A DNA stretch of 34,903 nucleotides from Candidatus Parcubacteria bacterium. GTDB lineage: Bacteria; Patescibacteriota; Minisyncoccia; Phycocordibacterales; UBA918. Made by a program: the position numbers and the translations under genes. The stretch is taken from contig JBJOPW010000012.1 of assembly GCA_046050355.1 (NCBI GenBank), forward strand, positions 1 to 34,903, written 5' to 3'. This document shows, in pieces, positions 14,957 to 22,911 of this stretch. How positions within the stretch are numbered: the stretch's first letter is position 1; every line of letters begins with the position of its first letter. The notes below the pieces were generated by a model, which worked only from the letters and a program-made list of their open reading frames with translations, searched no databases and was not told the origin of the DNA.

Positions 14957-16675
14957 CTAACGGTCAGGAGGAATATTGTAGTAATTAATCAAAAAGGTGG
15001 TCAAATCCATAAACGGCTCAGTCAGGGTTTCAGACGCATATTGCACCCCTTTTGGTTCTACAGTATACAGGAAAACTATAAATTGTGGGTCATACGCTGG
15101 AAAGTAACCAAAAAACGAGTGCAGGTAACGATCGTCATAATACCCACCAGATGGTTTAGCTATTTGTGCGGTTCCCGTTTTAGCTGCCACTGTATGGTGC
15201 GGAAGCGCCACCTTACCACCACGAAGGGCTTCATCTACGACCGTAGTGAGCATACGAGAGATCGTCTCACTGGTTTCTGGAGTAAACACCTGCGTCCCAT
15301 CGGGATACTGAATATCTTTCTCAGTACCGTCGGTGTACTCGATACGCTTCACCAGGTGTGGTGTAACGAGATGTCCACCATTACCCAGTGTTGCGAGCGC
15401 CCGCACGGTTGCGATTGGTGTCATTGCAATCCCCTGTCCAAAAGATGCGGTTGCATACTCTACCTCACGCGGCGATTCTAGGTTAGAGACCAAGCCACTC
15501 GCTTCGTTAGGAACATCAATCCCCGACTCACTGCCGAGCTTGAGGTTCGTGAAGTACTCGCGGAAGCGCTTGTGCCCCATGAGTCCTACTATATGTGCCA
15601 CACCAGTGTTCAAGGATTGATTAAGTACCTCTTGCATATCAACCGTCCCTCGACCTTTGCCGTCGAAGTTTTTGATTGTAAAGGTGTTGAGCTCGAGAAA
15701 GCCTGGGTCGTAGTATGTCGATGCTGGAGTAATCACTTTGCTATCCAAGCCAGCTGCGACAGTAAGCGCTTTTACGATAGAACCCATCTCGTAGACGTTT
15801 TCAACGAGAGGATTTTGAAATAGCTCAATACTCGCATCGGCACGGTTGTTTGGGTCATAAGTTGGTACGGCATTAAGGGCCCGGATTTCACCGGTCTGTG
15901 GATCCATAATAATCCCAGCAGTGAGTGCACTATTGTACTTTGTCTGGGTTTCACTGAGCACCCGATCAAGCATCCGAGCAACCGTTGGTTCAATCGTGGT
16001 GACAATATCGCCGTGTTTTTTGGTATCACCATCAAATACCAAATGTCCAAGATTACTAAAAATTTCAGCAAAAAAATTCACCGAGAGTGCCGCTTCATCA
16101 CGAAAGAGAATATCGTCGTAAGCATACTCAAGTCCATACTTACCACGCTCAATGGTGCTGGCATCATCAAACCCAATAAAGCCAATGCTCCGTGCGCCAA
16201 CTTCATGACCCGGGTAATAGCGCCACTGCATCCGATAGAGTTCAACCCCTGCAAGGGCCAAAGCTTCAATGAGCGGCGCCTCTTGTTCAGTAACCCGTGG
16301 GTTAATCTCTACGTACGTACGATTGGGTAACGTCGCCTTACGCACAAATTCGGCCTGATCAAGAGCGATAAATGGATCGAGTTTCTCGTAGAGGGCGTCA
16401 GCATCAGTGATGACAGTGGGGTTCACCGCGAGTACATACCCCGATTTCATGCTAGCCGCCCCTACTTTTTCTCCATCTTTTGTTGTGTAATAAATGGTGC
16501 CACGATCAAAAATATCTTCCGCTGTATTGACGTATTGCTTACGTGCGCGTTCCTGGTAGGCTGCTCCTTCTACCAACTGCACATAATATAACCGTACTAT
16601 GAGTAATAGCCCCAGTACTAAAATGAACCCAGTGATGACACGTATCCGACCAGGGGTTGAGGCCACACTTCGCAT
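14957..16675 (-). CDS. ftsI: Class B penicillin-binding protein (FtsI/PBP3)
   Basis: TM anchor, RGTIY, YEMGSIVK (SxxK), SLN (SxN), KTGTAQ; follows mraZ-rsmH-ftsL; start at MRSVAST preferred. Confidence 0.9.
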   Translation of the reverse strand: MRSVASTPGRIRVITGFILVLGLLLIVRLYYVQLVEGAAYQERARKQYVNTAEDIFDRGTIYYTTKDGEKVGAASMKSGYVLAVNPTVITDADALYEKLDPFIALDQAEFVRKATLPNRTYVEINPRVTEQEAPLIEALALAGVELYRMQWRYYPGHEVGARSIGFIGFDDASTIERGKYGLEYAYDDILFRDEAALSVNFFAEIFSNLGHLVFDGDTKKHGDIVTTIEPTVARMLDRVLSETQTKYNSALTAGIIMDPQTGEIRALNAVPTYDPNNRADASIELFQNPLVENVYEMGSIVKALTVAAGLDSKVITPASTYYDPGFLELNTFTIKNFDGKGRGTVDMQEVLNQSLNTGVAHIVGLMGHKRFREYFTNLKLGSESGIDVPNEASGLVSNLESPREVEYATASFGQGIAMTPIATVRALATLGNGGHLVTPHLVKRIEYTDGTEKDIQYPDGTQVFTPETSETISRMLTTVVDEALRGGKVALPHHTVAAKTGTAQIAKPSGGYYDDRYLHSFFGYFPAYDPQFIVFLYTVEPKGVQYASETLTEPFMDLTTFLINYYNIPPDR

Positions 16676-16676
16676 A

Positions 16677-17012
16677 TTATTCGCTACCAGTACGTGACAA
16701 TGCCACCGCAGCTGGTACACGAGTCACAAAGATTTTTTCGTTTGTTTCTGTGAGAGACACTGCGTTTGCGATCCGCTCACTGACGGCATGCTGCGCTTCA
16801 ATATACGTTGACTCAAGAGCCGAGATTTCTGACTCCAGCTGACGCGCCTCTTGATGTGATTCTTTTCGAAACACGACATGCACCACAGACATAGACAAGA
16901 AGTACATGTAGGCCACCACCAACACAAACACCACCACCGATAGTACCGTTACCCAAAAAGCTGGGTTTTTGTATGGCACTGTATGGAAACTGACAATCTG
17001 ATGGCGACTCAT
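16677..17012 (-). CDS. ftsL: FtsL-like cell division protein
   Basis: One TM helix plus a heptad coiled coil, located between rsmH and ftsI; assigned by synteny. Confidence 0.62.
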   Translation of the reverse strand: MSRHQIVSFHTVPYKNPAFWVTVLSVVVFVLVVAYMYFLSMSVVHVVFRKESHQEARQLESEISALESTYIEAQHAVSERIANAVSLTETNEKIFVTRVPAAVALSRTGSE

Positions 17013-17019
17013 AATGTAT

Positions 17020-17910
17020 CTAGCTAATTTTTTCAATAACGCGGAGTTTGGCGCTGCGGGCGCGGGGATTCATTTTGAGCTCTGCCTCGCTCGCAATGAT
17101 TGGTTTTTTGGTAACCAAGACACCTTTTTGATCATGTTCGAAAGCTTTAAACGCAAGCTTTACAATGCGGTCTTCTAAACTATGGAAGGAAATGATGGCG
17201 AGCCGTCCACCCGGTGCTAGATGCATAAAGGCACTTTTGATGAACAGTTCCAGGGCCTCGAATTCATCGTTCACCGCGATGCGCAAACCCTGAAATGACT
17301 TCGTGGCTGGGTGAGTTTTGCCGTGGCGATATGGTGCCGGTACGGCGGCATCGATGATAGTAGCGAGCTCCTTGCCGGTCTTGATCGGACCTTTTGTCCG
17401 TGCCTCAATGATGGCTTTGGCAATACGACGCGAGTAATGTTCTTCGCCATAGGCGTAGATCACGTTTGCGATATCAACCTCATCCCAATCGTTGACAATG
17501 TCATACGCGGTGAAGGCATAGTCGCGGGCGTCACCGTACGTCATAGCGAGACCAACCTCATCATTAAAGGAGAAACCTCTCCCCGCTTCGATGAATTGGT
17601 CGGTACGCCACCCAAGGTCAGCGAGGATTGCATCGATGCTTCCTATTCCCCGCTCGGCCAACACCTCGTCAAGCTGACGAAAGTTGGCATGTACGAGGTC
17701 AATAGTAGCGGCACCCTTGAGGCTACCCTTGGCAGCTTCGATAGCCTGCACATCAGCATCAAAGCCGATATAACGTCCATCTTTGCCGAGCACCTTTAGT
17801 ATCTCGCGCGCATGGCCACCCGCTCCTAAGGTCGCATCTACAACGACGCTCGCCGGTCTAAGGGCGAGCGCGTCGACAGCTTCCGATTGTAAAACGGTAA
17901 TATGCTCCAT
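17020..17910 (-). CDS. rsmH: 16S rRNA m4C1402 methyltransferase
   Basis: HITVL, VDATLGAGGH, DLG, RGFSF, HPATKSFQGLRIAVN, ISFHSLEDRIVK, NPRARSAKLR. Confidence 0.97.
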   Translation of the reverse strand: MEHITVLQSEAVDALALRPASVVVDATLGAGGHAREILKVLGKDGRYIGFDADVQAIEAAKGSLKGAATIDLVHANFRQLDEVLAERGIGSIDAILADLGWRTDQFIEAGRGFSFNDEVGLAMTYGDARDYAFTAYDIVNDWDEVDIANVIYAYGEEHYSRRIAKAIIEARTKGPIKTGKELATIIDAAVPAPYRHGKTHPATKSFQGLRIAVNDEFEALELFIKSAFMHLAPGGRLAIISFHSLEDRIVKLAFKAFEHDQKGVLVTKKPIIASEAELKMNPRARSAKLRVIEKIS

Positions 17911-17954
17911 GCGCTCTTTCCATAGTTATGAAGAGGTTGAAATTCTAGACAGTC

Positions 17955-18389
17955 CTACAGTACCCCGATATCCGAGAGCTTCTCCGCGAGGGAGTCAGCC
18001 TGCATCTCGATTTTGGCGACGTACTCTGTCCAGCGATTATCATCCCAAATTTCTACACGATCATGGATTCCGGCGAGCACGACTTTACTTTCGAGCTTCG
18101 CAAAATCCTTCAAGAAATCTGGAACGAGAATTCGTCCAACACTATCCACCTCCACTTCCACTGCACCGGATAGAAAGAAGCGATTAAAACTTCGTGTGTC
18201 CGCGCTTCCGAGTGGGAGTTGACCGATTTTGTCGGTTATTTTCTCCCACTCGGCCTGCGGATACACAAAGAGACAGTTATCAAGACCTCGAGTAACAATC
18301 ACCGTTGATCCAAGTTCCTTCCGCCATTTTGACGGTAAGGACAGCCGTTTCTTAGGATCAAGTGTGTGGCGATATTCCCCGATTAACAT
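17955..18389 (-). CDS. mraZ: Transcriptional regulator MraZ
   Basis: MLIGEYRHTLDPKKRLSLP, TRGLDNCL, DSVGRILVP, RVEIW. Confidence 0.97.
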   Translation of the reverse strand: MLIGEYRHTLDPKKRLSLPSKWRKELGSTVIVTRGLDNCLFVYPQAEWEKITDKIGQLPLGSADTRSFNRFFLSGAVEVEVDSVGRILVPDFLKDFAKLESKVVLAGIHDRVEIWDDNRWTEYVAKIEMQADSLAEKLSDIGVL

Positions 18390-18503
18390 ATGTTTTGTCT
18401 TGATAGCTCTCCACTTCCATCCCTGACACCAGCCACCATCGGTGGAGCGATGCTGACTGCTGTCAGAGATAGTTGTGGATCTGTCTAGAACTTGCGTTCT
18501 ATA

Positions 18504-18559
18504 CCACTATCTCCCACCACAACTACACTATACACCACTTCATCCCACCAACAAGCCAC
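18504..18559 (-). promoter_or_regulatory. MraZ-box-like GTGG direct repeats over the dcw promoter
   Basis: CCAC (GTGG on the minus strand) at 18504, 18514, 18535, 18545 and 18556, a 10-11 bp period, overlapping a TATAGT -10. Confidence 0.72.
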
Positions 18560-18683
18560 TTGTGCACACATTGTGGGGATTCTTTGGTGCAGACAACAAA
18601 AAAGCCTCGGTGTGTTTCGAGAGCTAAAAAAGTTGAGGGGCAAATTTCGCCCCTCATACTCTGTTCTGTACCGTGCGACCAGT

Positions 18684-19019
18684 TTAGTCTTGGTCATCAT
18701 CCTCAATGACGGCTACAACCGCCCAGTCGGCGCGTAGCTCGTAGTACTGTGCATCGCGAGGCATCTTCTTTTGCCACTCAGGCAAACCTTTCATGACTGC
18801 CCAGAAGACTTCATGCAGCATGTGATATCTGGTGCGGTGACCCTTGCGTTTGAGCGACACGTACCGTATCACATACCCTTGAAGGTGCTCAGGAACCTTC
18901 AAGCGAGTTATAGCTGGCGGCGATGAGGCCGATACAATCGGGCATGGGTGCGGGCCAGGATTGCGCCTCGCCTTCTCTGCATCCCGGTTTACTGCCCTGA
19001 TAAGCTTCGTGTTTCGCAT
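18684..19019 (-). CDS. Basic hypothetical protein (ORFan cassette)
   Basis: GGAGTG SD before MRNTKL; hairpins downstream at about 18600-18657. Confidence 0.55.
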   Translation of the reverse strand: MRNTKLIRAVNRDAEKARRNPGPHPCPIVSASSPPAITRLKVPEHLQGYVIRYVSLKRKGHRTRYHMLHEVFWAVMKGLPEWQKKMPRDAQYYELRADWAVVAVIEDDDQD

Positions 19020-19129
19020 GACATCACTCCGATTGTCATAGTTGAGGTGGAACAATTTATTCAAGAGTAACATACAAGATAAAAGTAGTTTTGTACAGAA
19101 TTTGCCGACAAGGAAAAAAGTCGGTCTAT

Positions 19130-19996
19130 TTAGAAAAAGATTTTGTACAAACCAACGAGACCAACTATTACTGCAATCACTCGCATTGATACACGAATGA
19201 GATGTTCGTTTGGTTGATGGATAGTGAGGAGGGCTGGTAACAGAATACTTAAAAAAACGAGGTTTGCGGCCAGATCGAACCCGCGATCTACGTACCAGAG
19301 CACAATGCCGCTGCTCGCTAAAATCGCTACCAGAAGTGTACTCTTCCTTGGTCCCAGCATAACAGCAAAAGTTTTTTCGCCAGTGGCTTTATCAACGGTG
19401 TAATCACGTAACGTACCGAGAGCATGGAGACACACAGCAAACAGAGCCAGTATGTAGGCAGCATTTGGTAATAGTGCCAGTGGTTGCACGAGCCAATACC
19501 CGGCTCCGTACATACAAATTACATACACAAAACCAGAGAACAAAACATCAAGTCCAGCACGACTTTTGAGCCGAATTGGTGGTACTGAATAAACTACACT
19601 GGCCAGTAAAACAAATACTGTAAAGATAAAACCATACCACCCGAGAGCATAACTACTGATACCAAACAGTAAAGCCGCTGCCAATCCAACTCCAGTTCGT
19701 ATGGAGCGAATAGAATCTAGATCAGCAATGCCACCATCAAGTCGACTCCGCTTGGTATCATGCCTGTCGCTATGAACATCAGTCAGATCATTAATACCAT
19801 ACACAATCATGGTCAGTGGCCAGGTGAGCGCTGCGACAAATAACCACTCTGATATCTGCCAATCCAAGAGTTCACCACCTCCAGCCTGGTATCCCAAGAT
19901 AAAGATAACTGGTACCAACGGGTACAAGAGTGGACGAGAAGTAATAATCCAAACCTTGAGTATCCACATGGAGAAACTAACTCTCGCAAACCACAC
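19130..19996 (-). CDS. UbiA-family prenyltransferase
   Basis: SRP, GINDLTDVHSD (NDxxDxxxD), YSVPPIRLKSR, RDYTVDKATG..T.AV.LG; multiple TM helices; start may be 19969. Confidence 0.88.
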   Translation of the reverse strand: MWFARVSFSMWILKVWIITSRPLLYPLVPVIFILGYQAGGGELLDWQISEWLFVAALTWPLTMIVYGINDLTDVHSDRHDTKRSRLDGGIADLDSIRSIRTGVGLAAALLFGISSYALGWYGFIFTVFVLLASVVYSVPPIRLKSRAGLDVLFSGFVYVICMYGAGYWLVQPLALLPNAAYILALFAVCLHALGTLRDYTVDKATGEKTFAVMLGPRKSTLLVAILASSGIVLWYVDRGFDLAANLVFLSILLPALLTIHQPNEHLIRVSMRVIAVIVGLVGLYKIFF

Positions 19997-21473
19997 AATT
20001 ATCTTGAGCCAACGTGTCTTCCTCAGCTGGTTTTGGTTTCATGAGTGGGAACATCTGCGTCTCACGGAGTGGCAAGCCGGCGAGGAACGCAAACAGTCGC
20101 TCACCGAAGCCATACCCGCAGGTTGGTGGCATGCCGTACTCGAGCATTTCGACAAACTCGAAGTCCGCCATCATGGCTTCTTCATCCCCAGCCTCAAGGA
20201 GCGCCTTCTGTACTTCGAAGCGGGCACGCTGATCGTCAGGGTCATTAAGTTCACTATAACCACGACCGACTTCACTGCCGGCAATAATCGGTTGGAACAT
20301 CTCAACCGTCTCAGTACCTGGACGAGTTTTTGCTAGTGGCGCGACCAGCTTTGGATGATTAATAAGGAACGCGGGGCCAGCAATTTGTTTGCGGCAGTAC
20401 TTCCAGAGCGTATCAGTGAGGCGTTCGCGGTTTTGTCCCTCGTACTTCACGCCAAGTTCGGCCAGCTTTGCTTCCATTTCGGCTTCAGTCGCTGTATGAA
20501 TATCAATCCCCGTTTTTTCCCGGATGGTATCGGTGTAATCAATCTCCTCCCATTCGTCCGCCAGGTCAAAGGTATGACCACGCATTTCGAATTTAGTTTT
20601 ACCAAATACTTCACGTGCTATGGTGCGGTAGAGATCACGTACAAAAATCATACCATCGCGGTAATCAGCATAGGCCCAGTAGAACTCCAGGTTCGTAAAC
20701 TCCTGAAGATGTTCGGGACTGCTCCCTTCATTGCGGTAGGCCCGACCAATTTCAAACGTCTTCGGGTACCCAGCGGCCATCAGGCGCTTCTGCCAGAGTT
20801 CACCAATACAGATACGCATGTACACCGGCATATCGTAATCGTTGTGATGGGTTTTAAAGGGGCGTGCTTCAGCTCCACCAGTCGTCACTTCGATGGTTGG
20901 AGTCTCCACTTCAAGGAAGCCATGGTCAACCATAAATTGCCGTGTTACCGACCAGAACTTGGCCTTCTTCACAAAGAGATCACGTAGTTCTTGATTCAGT
21001 AAGATATCGAGATAGCGCTTGCGGTAGCGCGCTTCTTCGTCTTTGATACCAAAGTGTTCTGATGGAATCGATTCCAGTGCCTTGGTGAGGACACGCCAGG
21101 CAGTGACACCAACTGCCTTCGTCTCACGCTTAGTAACAAACGGCACACCAGTGGCTTCAATGAAGTCGCCCGCATCAATGGCGTTCGCAAAGAGATCAAA
21201 GAGGTCGTCACCAAGTTGATCTTTGGCCAAGAAGAGCTGGAGTTTTTCTGTACCATCAAAAAGGTCAACAAAGGCTGACCCACCATGAAGACGCACTGCC
21301 ATTACGCGACCAGCGATAGTCACGGGAGTACTGTCGGCAACGAGCACATCAAATTGTGCCAGGACCTCACTCCCAGTGTGAGTCTTGTTGGCCTTGGCGG
21401 TATACGGGTCCTGACCAGCCGCTCGTAATAGTTCGCGCTTTTTGCGACGCTCTTCGATAATTTCGCTCGACAT
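19977..21473 (-). CDS. lysS: Lysine--tRNA ligase (class II)
   Basis: IAGRVMA OB-fold, RYRKRYLD, FLEVETP, GGAEARPF, FEIGRAYRNEG, YSELNDP, YGMPPTCGYG; start at MSSEII after TACTAT. Confidence 0.97.
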   Translation of the reverse strand: MSSEIIEERRKKRELLRAAGQDPYTAKANKTHTGSEVLAQFDVLVADSTPVTIAGRVMAVRLHGGSAFVDLFDGTEKLQLFLAKDQLGDDLFDLFANAIDAGDFIEATGVPFVTKRETKAVGVTAWRVLTKALESIPSEHFGIKDEEARYRKRYLDILLNQELRDLFVKKAKFWSVTRQFMVDHGFLEVETPTIEVTTGGAEARPFKTHHNDYDMPVYMRICIGELWQKRLMAAGYPKTFEIGRAYRNEGSSPEHLQEFTNLEFYWAYADYRDGMIFVRDLYRTIAREVFGKTKFEMRGHTFDLADEWEEIDYTDTIREKTGIDIHTATEAEMEAKLAELGVKYEGQNRERLTDTLWKYCRKQIAGPAFLINHPKLVAPLAKTRPGTETVEMFQPIIAGSEVGRGYSELNDPDDQRARFEVQKALLEAGDEEAMMADFEFVEMLEYGMPPTCGYGFGERLFAFLAGLPLRETQMFPLMKPKPAEEDTLAQDNCVVCES

Positions 21474-21538
21474 AATATGGCTATAGTAACGCAATTTTTG
21501 CTTTTTCGAAAGAGACGCCTGGACTACAAAACCAATAT

Positions 21539-21567
21539 TTGACAATCATAACCGTTGTATATACAAT
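21539..21567 (+). promoter_or_regulatory. Sigma70 promoter of the toxin-antitoxin operon
   Basis: TTGACA-17 bp-TACAAT, ATG 9 nt later; ttgtatatacaa palindrome over the -10 is a candidate autorepression operator. Confidence 0.8.
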
Positions 21568-21576
21568 AGTTATATT

Positions 21577-21849
21577 ATGAAAACCGTCTTGAGTATCAAA
21601 ACTGATAAAGATATCAAGGATCGTGCACAGGCTTTGGCTAAGCATCTCCGCATTCCACTCTCGTTAGTTGTTAATGCGCAACTAAAGGCTTTTGTTGAGT
21701 CCGGTGAATTTACTATTAGTCGTGAACCCGAGCTTAAACCCGCTGTGATTAAAGCTCTCAATAAGGCTGCACAAGAAGTACAAACCAAAAAGAAGCTCTC
21801 CCCACGCTTTAATACTGCCAGCGAAGCCATAGATTGGCTCAATAGCTAG
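21577..21849 (+). CDS. RelB/DinJ-like antitoxin
   Basis: RHH-like KTVLSIKTDKDIKDRAQALA...LSLVVNAQL; C-terminal FNTASEAIDWL; upstream of a toxin. Confidence 0.82.
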   Translation: MKTVLSIKTDKDIKDRAQALAKHLRIPLSLVVNAQLKAFVESGEFTISREPELKPAVIKALNKAAQEVQTKKKLSPRFNTASEAIDWLNS

Positions 21850-21866
21850 CCTTACAGGCACACTCT

Positions 21867-22121
21867 ATGCACATAGAATTCCACAAAGAGTTCAAAAAGC
21901 AATACAGAAAATTGCCAAAAAAGGTACAGGCAAAATTCAATGAACGTTTAGAACTCTTCATGTCGGAACCAAACCACCCCTTACTCCATCTCCATACACT
22001 CACCGGAGCAGAGTATCCAATCGAATCTATTAATGTGACCGCTGACTACCGCGCCCTATTTCTACGCTCAAAAAATCTTATTTCATTCATTCGCATTGGT
22101 ACGCACAGTGAACTCTATTAA
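21867..22121 (+). CDS. RelE/YafQ-family mRNA interferase toxin
   Basis: FHKEFKKQYRKL, HTLTG, SINVTADYR, RIGTHSELY. Confidence 0.88.
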   Translation: MHIEFHKEFKKQYRKLPKKVQAKFNERLELFMSEPNHPLLHLHTLTGAEYPIESINVTADYRALFLRSKNLISFIRIGTHSELY

Positions 22122-22163
22122 ATAACAAAGAGCGGCACCGAAGGTGCCGCTCTTTGTTATTTA
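22119..22163. terminator. Bidirectional terminator with a 21-bp perfect stem
   Basis: taaataacaaagagcggcacc-gaa-ggtgccgctctttgttattta. Confidence 0.82.
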
Positions 22164-22194
22164 GTTTCAACTATGCACCTCCATAAGTCACTTA

Positions 22195-22316
22195 AGTTGT
22201 TCAGAAAATGTTTCAGATACAAGGCGCTTAAGTGAGGCGGAAGGAGACGTACTTACTGTACGATGACTGACGTCGAGCGTAGAGCAACGACGTAGCTAGA
22301 CATTTTATGGACAACT
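22195..22316 (+). repeat. ~123-nt hairpin element, copy B
   Basis: Terminal inverted repeats agttgttcagaaaatgttt / agacattttatggacaact; ACAAGG; core GAGACGTAC-ttact-GTACGATGA. Confidence 0.8.
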
Positions 22317-22317
22317 G

Positions 22318-22788
22318 TTACTCGACCTTGAGAACTTTGTATTTCTGCTTACCCGCCGGTGTCTCAAATACAAATTCATCCCCCTTCGCCTTCCCCATCA
22401 GTGCTTCACCGAGTGGTGAGAGGTACGACAACTTGTGTTCGTGAATGTTTGCTTCTTCAGAACCAACCATAGTGTAGGTACGTCCGTCCTTCTCCTTGTC
22501 TTTTACAATTGTTACGGTTGAACCCATAACTACGATGTCTCCTTTCTTATCGTGTGAGACAATCTTCGCTTCTTTAATTACTTTCTCAAGGTGCGTTATA
22601 CGCTCTTCGATAGCAGCCTGCATATCACGAGCTTCTTGATATTCAGCGTTTTCTGAGAGGTCGCCGAGACTACGGGCGTATTCGAGCGACTCAGCCACTT
22701 CTTTGCGGCGTACTGTTTTGAGGTGGTCAAGCTCTTGTTTCAGTTCAGTGAACTTTTCTGGGGTCAAGAACGATTGCTGGTCAGTCAT
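22318..22788 (-). CDS. greA: Transcription elongation factor GreA
   Basis: LTPE, ARSLGDLSENAEY, SYLSPLGEAL.G, TPAG. Confidence 0.96.
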   Translation of the reverse strand: MTDQQSFLTPEKFTELKQELDHLKTVRRKEVAESLEYARSLGDLSENAEYQEARDMQAAIEERITHLEKVIKEAKIVSHDKKGDIVVMGSTVTIVKDKEKDGRTYTMVGSEEANIHEHKLSYLSPLGEALMGKAKGDEFVFETPAGKQKYKVLKVE

Positions 22789-22911
22789 ATAGAACGTTAT
22801 CGAAGTAATGTGACACTATTATACTTACTTCAAGCCAGGGGTCAATGTGGATTGGCTTGTGCTCATATTCAGCTGTTTGGGTAATCGTGCCATAAAGTTG
22901 CTCTGTTGTAC

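Noticed and set aside
20355-20987. 210-aa plus-strand ORF and similar ones opposite ftsI, rsmH, mreB, proS and rseP
   Set aside because: Antisense shadows of well-supported housekeeping genes.
1313-22316. CRISPR repeats or integron attC sites as an explanation for the hairpin copies
   Set aside because: The copies are dispersed with no repeat-spacer periodicity, lack RYYYAAC/GTTRRRY ends, and no cas or intI gene is present.
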